DNA from: Acidimicrobiia bacterium
Lineage (GTDB): Bacteria; Actinomycetota; Acidimicrobiia; Spongiisociales; ZC4RG35
Assembly (NCBI GenBank): GCA_965203555.1
Contig: CBDBCY010000004.1
Location: 3,040,001-3,104,000, forward strand
Direction: 5' to 3'
Length of the DNA: 64,000 bases
Under the pieces are notes generated by a model that was not told the DNA's origin, made no database searches, and saw only the letters and a program-made list of their open reading frames with translations. Positions 48,203 through 56,330 of this stretch are shown in pieces. A program made the position numbers and the translations under genes. Within the stretch, counting starts at the first letter, position 1. Every line of letters starts with the position of its first letter.

Positions 48203-49294
48203 GTGTGCATGGCGGCGCTGATGGTCGTCCTGGTGGGCGCCGCGGCTGCGGCCAGTCCCCTGTGGATCGAGCCGCCTCCGGTGCCGGTGATGTCGGCGGC
48301 GGACCCCCCCGCCATCGAAGCAGAGTCGTGGCTGTTGTTTGATGAAAGCAATGAGGTGGTGTTGGCGGAACGCAACGCTGACACCCGGCTCCCCATGGCC
48401 TCCACCACGAAATTGATGACCGCTCTACTGGCAGTGGAGATCGGCGACCTTTCTTCTCCCGTGCAGGTGAGCCGCCGGGCGGCGGGAGTGGGAGGCGCCG
48501 GGGTGAATTTGATCGAGGGAGAGGTGTTCCTGTTGCGCACCCTGGTCAGGGCGTTGCTCATCCGTTCCGGCAACGACGCCGCCACTGCCGTGGCCGAACG
48601 GGTAGGGGGTAGCGTGGAGGACTTCGTGGATCTCATGAACCGGCGCGCCGAGGAATTGGGTCTGCATGACACCTCCTACGCCAATCCGCACGGCCTCGAT
48701 CATCCCGATCAGTACTCGACAGCCCGGGACCTGTTGACCCTCACCCGGGAGGTGCTCAAGCACCCCGAGTTGGCCGAAGCGGTGGCAACCGGGCAGATAG
48801 CTCTGAGAGACGCTCCGACCGGAGAAACGAGGATCTATCCGAACACCAACAAGCTGCTGGCCGACTATGAGGGAATGTTCGGAGTGAAGACCGGATACAC
48901 CGAGGATGCCGGCAGGGTGCTGGCGGCGGGAGCGGAGCGACAGGGTAGGAGACTCATTTCGGTGGTGATGAAAACAGGAGACCACTTCGGCGCCACTGCC
49001 GAATTGCTGGACTACGGCTTCAATTCCTTCGGTTCTATTCCGGGACTGGTCTCCGCGCAATTGCGGCTCAGCCGAGACCAGGTGTTGTCCTCATATGTTT
49101 CGTCCACCACCACGACCACCACCGCGCCGGCAGCGGAGACCCCGATGGATACCGGGACGGACACAGAGACAGTGGAATTGGAGGGGACCAGGGAGGAGGT
49201 GGCGGTCCGGGTGGGCAGAACTCCGCAGGGGGTCTTGGATCTGCTGGGCTGGATTCTTCGCCTGTTCTCCTCCCCGAGCGGCGAAAGCCCCTAA
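48203..49294 (+). CDS. D-alanyl-D-alanine carboxypeptidase (peptidase S11)
   Basis: ASTTK, SGN, KTG motifs. Confidence 0.92.
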   Translation: MCMAALMVVLVGAAAAASPLWIEPPPVPVMSAADPPAIEAESWLLFDESNEVVLAERNADTRLPMASTTKLMTALLAVEIGDLSSPVQVSRRAAGVGGAGVNLIEGEVFLLRTLVRALLIRSGNDAATAVAERVGGSVEDFVDLMNRRAEELGLHDTSYANPHGLDHPDQYSTARDLLTLTREVLKHPELAEAVATGQIALRDAPTGETRIYPNTNKLLADYEGMFGVKTGYTEDAGRVLAAGAERQGRRLISVVMKTGDHFGATAELLDYGFNSFGSIPGLVSAQLRLSRDQVLSSYVSSTTTTTTAPAAETPMDTGTDTETVELEGTREEVAVRVGRTPQGVLDLLGWILRLFSSPSGESP

Positions 49295-49998
49295 CGCCCG
49301 CACTTTCTGAGCAGCAGCAGGGTGTCGGTGGTGATGGTGCTCCAGTTGAGTTTGGACTCCCCGGCCAGCCGGTCCCGGATCACGGTGTGCACCCCGGTGA
49401 CCCGCAGCGGCCTGTACATCAGGAGGGCGATCAGCACTTTGAAGCCGTGCGGCGCCAATCCCCGTAAGGCGTCCGCCAGGATTGTCCGGCGGGTCCCGAA
49501 GAATCCGGATTGTGGAAAGCGGAGCCCCCTGGTCCTGCGGGGCATGCGGAGCCGGGTGAGCAGGATAGCGGTCCGGGTCAACGCCATCCGGTACCACTGC
49601 TTCCCCTGCTGTTCCAGTTCCCCGACGCACACGTCGTAGCCATTCGCCAAGGCGGATACCATCTGCGCAACAACCGCCGGATCGTGTTGCCCGTCGGCGT
49701 CCATCACCACCACCAGATCATGCCGAGCGGCCAGGGCGGCATTGCGAACAGCCTCGGTCAATCCTCCGCCGTCGCAGACTCTCACCCTCCGATCCTTTAC
49801 TCCCAGGGCTTTCTGCCCGGTGGGGCTTGTCTCACCCCTGATCAGTTTGTCTGCGTTCCGGTCGGCGGCGGCCACGACCACTTCGGCGTTATCCGGCAGA
49901 TAGGCCAGAAGTTCGGTAAGGGTGGGTTCGATCGCCGCCGTTTCGTTGTAGGCGGGCATCAGGACGGAGAAAGGGACGTCGGTCCCCAGGGATGTCAT
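49291..49998 (-). CDS. GT2 glycosyltransferase (polyprenol-phosphate mannosyltransferase-like)
   Basis: MPAYNE, MDADGQH, SGFF, GESK. Confidence 0.85.
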   Translation of the reverse strand: MTSLGTDVPFSVLMPAYNETAAIEPTLTELLAYLPDNAEVVVAAADRNADKLIRGETSPTGQKALGVKDRRVRVCDGGGLTEAVRNAALAARHDLVVVMDADGQHDPAVVAQMVSALANGYDVCVGELEQQGKQWYRMALTRTAILLTRLRMPRRTRGLRFPQSGFFGTRRTILADALRGLAPHGFKVLIALLMYRPLRVTGVHTVIRDRLAGESKLNWSTITTDTLLLLRKCGR

Positions 49999-50042
49999 TA
50001 TGGTTCCGCTCTTCTCACATGGGAAAGCAGGTATTCGACGTC

Positions 50043-50088
50043 ATGTAGTTGTGATGGTAGACCTGATGTGGTTGTGATGCCAGACCTG
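50043..50088. repeat. Tandem 2 x 23-bp repeat in a divergent intergenic region
   Basis: ATGTAGTTGTGATGGTAGACCTG / ATGTGGTTGTGATGCCAGACCTG. Confidence 0.75.
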
Positions 50089-50171
50089 CCGTCGGGGATT
50101 GCAATCACGGTCTTTGGGTCGAATTGAAATCGCGCCAACCATGAGATTGAAGGTCATAAGATGGGGGAGCA

Positions 50172-50762
50172 ATGAGCGAAGTTGGGAGACTCTTCGGTCC
50201 GGGGGTTGTATCGGAATTGTTTTCCGCCGACCAGATAGCGGAACGGGTGGCCGAATTGGGCAGAACCTTGACCGCCGAATACCGGGATCGGTCACCGGTC
50301 GTGGTGGGGATTATGTACGGGTCGGCCATCTTCTTGGCGGACCTGGTCCGGCACATCGATCTGGACTTGGAGATCGAGTTCCTGATGATCCACCGCTACG
50401 GGGAGGGATCCAATATCAGCATCGCCATGGATCTTTTCTCCGACATCGGGGGTCGGGACGTGATAGTCGTTATGGGATTGGTCGATGCCGGCTTCGCGTT
50501 GAACGCCATCCGCAACCTCCTGGTCGGTAGGGCGCCTGCATCGCTGGTCACAGTGACCCTGTTGGACCGCCGGACCCGTCGACTGGTTGACGCGCCCCTG
50601 GAGTATCGTGGCTTTGAAGTGGGAGATGATTTCTTGGTGGGCTACGGCCTGGATTGGGAGGAGCGTTATCGGGGTATCCCGTCGATATGGACGGTGCACG
50701 ATCCGGCGGCCCTGCAAAGCGATCCCCACATTCTCGACCGTTCCGTCTATAGCCAGGAGTAG
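50172..50762 (+). CDS. Hypoxanthine phosphoribosyltransferase-like protein with a degenerate PRPP loop
   Basis: IAERVAELG, FLADLVR and FLVGYGLD match HPRT; the PRPP loop reads VVMGLVDAG. Confidence 0.8.
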   Translation: MSEVGRLFGPGVVSELFSADQIAERVAELGRTLTAEYRDRSPVVVGIMYGSAIFLADLVRHIDLDLEIEFLMIHRYGEGSNISIAMDLFSDIGGRDVIVVMGLVDAGFALNAIRNLLVGRAPASLVTVTLLDRRTRRLVDAPLEYRGFEVGDDFLVGYGLDWEERYRGIPSIWTVHDPAALQSDPHILDRSVYSQE

Positions 50763-50773
50763 TATCGCAGACA

Positions 50774-51277
50774 ATGCCGGAGAACATCCCCATGTCCATC
50801 GATGGCGTTCAGGTAGGTTATTCCTCGGCCGCCCCGGTGGTCTTGCTGAGGGAGGCCGAGGGTGATCGATACCTTCCCATCTGGATTGGGGCGGTTGAGG
50901 CCACCGCCATCGTGGCGGCGCTGGAGGACATGGTCCCACCCCGCCCGCTTACCCACGATCTGTTGAGGATGGCAGTGGAGTCCCTGGGAGCGGAGGTTGA
51001 TCGAGCGGTGGTCACCGAAGTCCGTGACAACGTTTTCTACGCCGAATTGGTGCTGCTGACCAACGGGGGTGAAGTGACGGTCTCGTGTCGACCTTCGGAT
51101 GCCATCGCCTTGGCGGTAAGGACCGAGGCTCGGCTCTTCGCCTATCCCGAGGTGCTTGACGAGGCCGGGGTGATTATCAAATCTGTGGAGGAGCCGGAGC
51201 AGGAGATCGAGGAGTTCCGCCGGTTCCTGGAAGGGGTGAGCCCCGAGGACTTTTCCTCCGGCGAGAGCGCCGACTAG
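50774..51277 (+). CDS. Bifunctional nuclease (DUF151) family protein
   Basis: LPIWIG..EA, PRPLTHDL, RPSDAIALA. Confidence 0.93.
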   Translation: MPENIPMSIDGVQVGYSSAAPVVLLREAEGDRYLPIWIGAVEATAIVAALEDMVPPRPLTHDLLRMAVESLGAEVDRAVVTEVRDNVFYAELVLLTNGGEVTVSCRPSDAIALAVRTEARLFAYPEVLDEAGVIIKSVEEPEQEIEEFRRFLEGVSPEDFSSGESAD

Positions 51278-51390
51278 CCCTGATCGGGCAGTGTCCGGCA
51301 ATTCGCAGTAGATGGTTGGATTTGTGAGCGGGCAACGGTAATGTTTCCCTAGGCGGAGTTACCGTTATGTAATCACAAAGGAGTAACCCC

Positions 51391-51876
51391 GTGAACAGAA
51401 GAGAAGAGGGATACCGGGCCCCGCAGGTATGCGCCATTGTCGGTATCACCTACCGTCAGTTGGACTATTGGGCTCGAACGGAATTCATGGTGCCCTCCCT
51501 GCAGCAGGCCAGGGGGTCGGGCACTCAAAGACTGTATTCCTTTGCCGATTTGGTACAACTCAAGGTGGTCAAGCGGTTGATCGATGCAGGTATGGACGTC
51601 AAAAGGATCAGGAGGGCGTTCTCGGAGTTGTCCCGCCAGGGCAGTACTTGGAATTGGGAAGACGGTCGAGTCACTCTGATCTCCGACGGCGCTTCGATCT
51701 ACGCCTTGAAGAGCCCCGAGGAAATCATCGACATCTTCAAGAAGGGACAGGCCGTTATGGGGATGACGCTGGGTCCACTGGTGGATGAGATCTCTGGAGA
51801 GGTTCGCGAATTGGCCAAGACCGCCACCATCGAGGAGGGCTATCGGCCCGCCGGCAGCCAGGCCGAGGTAATCTGA
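51391..51876 (+). CDS. MerR-family transcriptional regulator
   Basis: GITYRQLDYWART..GSGTQRLYSF. Confidence 0.92.
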   Translation: MNRREEGYRAPQVCAIVGITYRQLDYWARTEFMVPSLQQARGSGTQRLYSFADLVQLKVVKRLIDAGMDVKRIRRAFSELSRQGSTWNWEDGRVTLISDGASIYALKSPEEIIDIFKKGQAVMGMTLGPLVDEISGEVRELAKTATIEEGYRPAGSQAEVI

Positions 51877-51952
51877 GCGTCAGTGCCACCCGGGTCGTCT
51901 CCGACCCGCCGCTCGGCCGCTCGAACCGGAAACGACCCTGAGACTTGGAGCC

Positions 51953-53002
51953 ATGCCCAGATCGCCTTTGCACCAATACCATCAGGAACTGGGTGCCCGG
52001 TTCGTGGATTTCGGGGGCTGGGAGATGCCGGTTCTCTATACGTCGGTTTTGAAAGAGCATCGTGCGGTCCGGGAATCAACGGGATGGTTCGACGTCTCTC
52101 ATCTGGGCCGGTTTTCGTGGAGTGGGCAGGGTTCGGGGTCGGCTCTCTCCTCGCTGCTGTGCAACGATCATGAGCTGATCGGAGCGGGACGCGCCCAGTA
52201 CACCCTGATACTCAATGCCGGCGGCGGGGTCATCGACGATCTGATCATCTGGAAACGGACTCCCGAAGAGGTGATGGTCATGCCCAACGGGGTGAACCAT
52301 CTGCGGGTCATGGACGAGTTCAGGGCAGCCGCCCCCAACGCCGAGTTGGTGGACCTGCGTCCCCGCACCGCCGGTCTGGCGGTGCAGGGCCCCGATTCCC
52401 GCCAAAGGGTGAAAGCTGTCCTGGGTGAGGTTCCGGGGCGCTTTCGGGTGATAAGAGCCGGTTACCGGGGTGGGGAAGTGTGGGTGGCCGGTACCGGATA
52501 CACCGGTGAGGAGGGGGTGGAGTTGGTCACCGATCCGTCCACCGGCGAGGCGCTGGCTCGTGAACTCACTGGCGGTGGCGCCCTGCCGTGCGGCTTGGGA
52601 TCTCGGGATCTTCTCAGGCTGGAGGCGGGTTTTCCCCTGTGGGGTCATGATCTGAACGAGGACATCACCCCCTTGGAGGCAGGTCTGAAGTGGGCGGTCA
52701 GGTTCAATCGTGATTTTGTGGGCCGGGATGCCCTGCAACAGTCTCAGGAACAGGGTCTGGCGCGAACCCGCGTCTGCATCCGGATGGAGGATCGACGCAT
52801 CCCCCGGGAGGGTTGCGCACTCCGGTCCGGCAATTCGGTGGGAACGGTCACCAGCGGCAACTTCAGCCCCATGCTGGGAGTGGGGATAGGGATGGGGTAT
52901 CTATCCACCCCCTGGGACGCCGCCCAGTCGGTGGAGGTCAAGATCCGCGGCCGGTGGATCGCCGCCGAACAGGTGAGGGGACCGTTTTACCGGCCGGATT
53001 GA
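51953..53002 (+). CDS. gcvT: Glycine cleavage T protein (aminomethyltransferase)
   Basis: DFGGWEMP, FDVSHLG, TGYTGE, RDLLRLEAG. Confidence 0.94.
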   Translation: MPRSPLHQYHQELGARFVDFGGWEMPVLYTSVLKEHRAVRESTGWFDVSHLGRFSWSGQGSGSALSSLLCNDHELIGAGRAQYTLILNAGGGVIDDLIIWKRTPEEVMVMPNGVNHLRVMDEFRAAAPNAELVDLRPRTAGLAVQGPDSRQRVKAVLGEVPGRFRVIRAGYRGGEVWVAGTGYTGEEGVELVTDPSTGEALARELTGGGALPCGLGSRDLLRLEAGFPLWGHDLNEDITPLEAGLKWAVRFNRDFVGRDALQQSQEQGLARTRVCIRMEDRRIPREGCALRSGNSVGTVTSGNFSPMLGVGIGMGYLSTPWDAAQSVEVKIRGRWIAAEQVRGPFYRPD

Positions 53003-53679
53003 GCCGGGCGGCGTCATTGTCCCGTACCGCCCAGGTGTGGATCTCCGATGGGCTTCCAGCCAGGGCACTGCAAGAGTTTCTGGCTGCCGAGGCGCCCGAG
53101 TCGTGGCAGCGGTTGCCCTTGTTGGGCGGTGTGACGGTGTGGCCGCCGTCCACGGAGAAGGTGAAGGTGGCGATCGCCTGTCCCAACCGGCTGGGCGCCT
53201 ACGAATCCCCTCCTCCCCGGAGGCGGTGGGAGAAGGTGTGGTGGTGGTCTGATCCGTTGGACGCCGGTCAATCGTCGTACGGTTCCGTCGCCGGGGTGCG
53301 CCGGGTGGTCGCTCCGGTGTCGCTTCCTGAGGGACGGTCTCTGTCCGAGGCGGGCCAACGGTCCCGTCGCGCCGCCGACTACCTGGCCCGGCGGATCCGG
53401 CAGATCGGAGGCGTGAGGATTCCTCGCATTCCCCACGGGCGACGGTTTCCGGTGCTGCTTCCCGTCGCGCCGGCGCCTGTGTTGGAGGGAGTAGCGGAGG
53501 AGATTCTGTTTACCCGACCGGTGGATGGATGGCCGGGACTGGTGATCTGCGAGGGAAACTGGTGGCAGTCCGCCGCCCGCCTGGAGGCGGTTGTGGAAGC
53601 TGTGGCTCGGGCGTCGCGGGGGGAGAGGCCCCCGTCCCTGGCCGGGGCCGAACGGATGTGGTCTTCCACGGGTCCGTAA
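52999..53679 (+). CDS. Hypothetical protein with remote resemblance to GcvPA
   Basis: Coupled to gcvT; segments AIACPNRLGAYE and ADYLARRIRQIGGV..LEAVVEAV. Confidence 0.5.
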   Translation: MSRAASLSRTAQVWISDGLPARALQEFLAAEAPESWQRLPLLGGVTVWPPSTEKVKVAIACPNRLGAYESPPPRRRWEKVWWWSDPLDAGQSSYGSVAGVRRVVAPVSLPEGRSLSEAGQRSRRAADYLARRIRQIGGVRIPRIPHGRRFPVLLPVAPAPVLEGVAEEILFTRPVDGWPGLVICEGNWWQSAARLEAVVEAVARASRGERPPSLAGAERMWSSTGP

Positions 53680-53687
53680 ATTCGCCG

Positions 53688-54743
53688 TTAACCCCACCCC
53701 GGCAAAGCGACCCCGGCTTCCCGATAGGCGGGGGCGATCCGCTCTTCCCACAGTTCGCCCTTCAGGCGCTCGAGGCAAAAGGCGGCTTCCAGGGCCCGGC
53801 GGGTGACTCGGGCAAGATCGTCGATTCCAAAGCCCTGCCGCTCCGCCGCCAAGGTGAATTCGTGGGTTGGGGTGGTGCTGCTCATCAATCGATTGTCGGT
53901 GTTGAGGGTCACCGCGAAACCGGCTCTGTGCAGCATTCCGATCGGGTGGCGGTCTGGTTCCCACCCCTTGGTGTCCAGGTTGGACTTGATGCACATCTCC
54001 AGCGGGACCTGCTTTTGCAGCACCTCGGTTGCGATGGGCCCGGTTGCCAGGATCTCTCCCGAACCGATTTCACAGTCTTCGATCACCTCCACTCCATGGC
54101 CGATCCGCTCCGCTCCGCACACCATGGCATCCTGGATGCTGTGCGGTCCGGCGGCTTCCCCGGCATGGAGGGTCACCCGGATTCCTCCGTCGAGGGCCGC
54201 CTCGATGGCCGAGAGATGCTCCACGGCCGGATACCCCGCCTCGGGGCCGGCCAGATCGAAACCCACCACTCCCGCAGATGCGGTTCGGACTGCCAGGCGG
54301 GCGGTCTCCAGGGCAGTAGGGGTGTGCCGCAGGGCGGAGAGGATCAGAGACCAGCCCATGCCCGTGGTCCGGGACCCGGCCTGCAGGCCTTCGGCGACTG
54401 CCTCCACCACTTGCACGAGGCTCAGGTCCCTGCGGGTGTGAAGATGGGGAGCGAAACGGATTTCGGCGTAGACCACTCCGTGGGCCGAGAGGTCCTCCAT
54501 CGCCTCTGCGGCCACCCTGAACAGGGCTTGGCGGGTCTGCAACACCGCCACGGTGTGGGAGAATGCCTGCAGGTACCGTTCCAGGCTGTGGGCGCCGGAT
54601 TGATTGAACCACTGGCCCAGACGGTCGGGATCGGTTACCGGCAACCCGTATCCGGCTTGCTCGGCCAACTGCCGGAGGGTACGGGGACGCAGGCTTCCAT
54701 CAAGATGCTCGTGGAGGATGACTTTGGGAAGATGGCGCAGCAT
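53688..54743 (-). CDS. add: Adenosine deaminase
   Basis: LHEHLDG, GFDLAGPE, HAGE, RIGHG, NTDN. Confidence 0.94.
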   Translation of the reverse strand: MLRHLPKVILHEHLDGSLRPRTLRQLAEQAGYGLPVTDPDRLGQWFNQSGAHSLERYLQAFSHTVAVLQTRQALFRVAAEAMEDLSAHGVVYAEIRFAPHLHTRRDLSLVQVVEAVAEGLQAGSRTTGMGWSLILSALRHTPTALETARLAVRTASAGVVGFDLAGPEAGYPAVEHLSAIEAALDGGIRVTLHAGEAAGPHSIQDAMVCGAERIGHGVEVIEDCEIGSGEILATGPIATEVLQKQVPLEMCIKSNLDTKGWEPDRHPIGMLHRAGFAVTLNTDNRLMSSTTPTHEFTLAAERQGFGIDDLARVTRRALEAAFCLERLKGELWEERIAPAYREAGVALPGWG

Positions 54744-54784
54744 TCGGCTTTGGTCGTTCCGCCTTTCTTGCCAACATTAGGGTC

Positions 54785-55320
54785 ATGAGTTATATGGCGG
54801 GAAGTCTCCTGGTGGCCTCACCCCGGCTGGTGGACCCCAACTTTGTCCGCACTGTTGTGGCCCTTCTGAACCATGATGAGAACGGGGCGATGGGACTGGT
54901 GGTCAATCGGCCCACCGATATGCCGGTGGCCGATCATCTTCCGGAGTGGGAAGACAGCTTGGTCTCTCCGCCGGTTGTCTTCTACGGCGGCCCGGTGGAG
55001 CAGGCCGTCGCAATCGGACTGCGTCGAAGCTATGACGCCGGGAGGGCGCCACGCCCATTTCGGGCGTGGGAATGGTCAATTTCATTGAGGAGGAGGCGGA
55101 TGAGCGCCAAGGCGGAGTCAGGGTGTTCGCCGGTTATTCGGGATGGGGGCCCGGCCAGTTGGAAGACGAGATAGAGGAGGAGTCGTGGATCATCGTGCCG
55201 GGCCTTGCCTCGGACGTGTTCTCTGCTTCTCCCGAAAGTCTGTGGGCCGAGGTGCTGGGCCGCCAGGGCGGCCACATCGCCCTGCTGGCCTCCATGCCCC
55301 TCGATCCCCAACTCAACTGA
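54785..55320 (+). pseudogene. YqgE/AlgH (DUF179) protein, frameshifted (possibly a sequencing error)
   Basis: N-half DPNF..GLVVNRP..GGPV and C-half FAGYSGWGPGQLE are in different frames; the shift is near 55040. Confidence 0.8.
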
Positions 55321-55520
55321 GGTCGCCGGGTTCGGCTCCCGGATCTGCCGCTGCCGTTTCTCCATTGTCGGGGTCTTCGTTCACGTACCTTTCTGATGCT
55401 TGGGTTCCAACCCTTCGGCCCGCCGGCATCCCGGGGTTCGCCTGGGATCGTTTTTCACACCTTGGACCTTCTTGATTTGGAGGGGTTCGGCAAGGATGCT
55501 GTTTGGGGATTCGAGGGCCT

Positions 55521-56267
55521 ATGCTGAGTTGGGTGGTGACCACCGTACCCCGGTTGCGGAAATCTCTGGTATCCCGTCCTCCCGGGTTGAAGAACGAACG
55601 GGACATGTGGCGCGGCGGGCTGCAGATGGTGGCCGGCATGGACGAGGTGGGAAGGGGGGCTTGGGCGGGTCCGCTCACGGTGGGAGCAGCGGTGGTTCCC
55701 CAAGACCGTCGGGTCTACAAAATCAGGGACTCCAAGCTTTTGCGTCCGGCAGAGAGGGAGGCGCTCTTTGACCGGATCGCCGGATGGTGCGTGGCCTGGG
55801 GGGTGGGGCATGCCAGCGCCGGTGAGTGCGACGAATTGGGAATGTCCGAAGCGCAGCGCCTGGCCGCCCGCCGCGCCCTGGCCGGACTGGGGACACCGGT
55901 GGATGCCGTGTTGTTGGACGGCAGGTGGGACTTCGTGGGGCATCCCCGGACCCGGCGCCTGGTAGGGGGAGATCGTTTATCGGTGTCGATCGCAGCCGCC
56001 TCGATACTTGCCAAAGTGATCCGGGATCGAATCATGGTAAGGGAATCTCCCAGATACCCCGCCTACAATTTCGACGCCAACAAGGGTTATCCGTGCCCGG
56101 TGCACCGTGCGGCGCTCCATGCCTGCGGGCCGAGTGTCATCCATCGCCGGTCCTGGGTGTTCATGGATGGTCTGGTTTGGAGCGGTATTCCCCGCTACCG
56201 GCGTCCCGACCCTCAAGGTTCCCTCCCCTTCCAGCCTGCATCGGCTGAAACCCCTGTCCCTTCGTAG
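55521..56267 (+). CDS. rnhB: Ribonuclease HII
   Basis: GMDEVGRG, DSK, SIAAASILAKV.RD, KGY, HRRS. Confidence 0.95.
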   Translation: MLSWVVTTVPRLRKSLVSRPPGLKNERDMWRGGLQMVAGMDEVGRGAWAGPLTVGAAVVPQDRRVYKIRDSKLLRPAEREALFDRIAGWCVAWGVGHASAGECDELGMSEAQRLAARRALAGLGTPVDAVLLDGRWDFVGHPRTRRLVGGDRLSVSIAAASILAKVIRDRIMVRESPRYPAYNFDANKGYPCPVHRAALHACGPSVIHRRSWVFMDGLVWSGIPRYRRPDPQGSLPFQPASAETPVPS

Positions 56268-56289
56268 CAGGCAGTCTTTCTGCAAATCA

Positions 56290-56318
56290 TTGACAGGGCA
56301 GCGGTCAGGGGATAGTAT
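56290..56318 (+). promoter_or_regulatory. SigA-type promoter of ftsK
   Basis: TTGACA-17 bp-TAGTAT immediately upstream of the GTG at 56331. Confidence 0.7.
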
Positions 56319-56330
56319 TCCCTGACAGAA

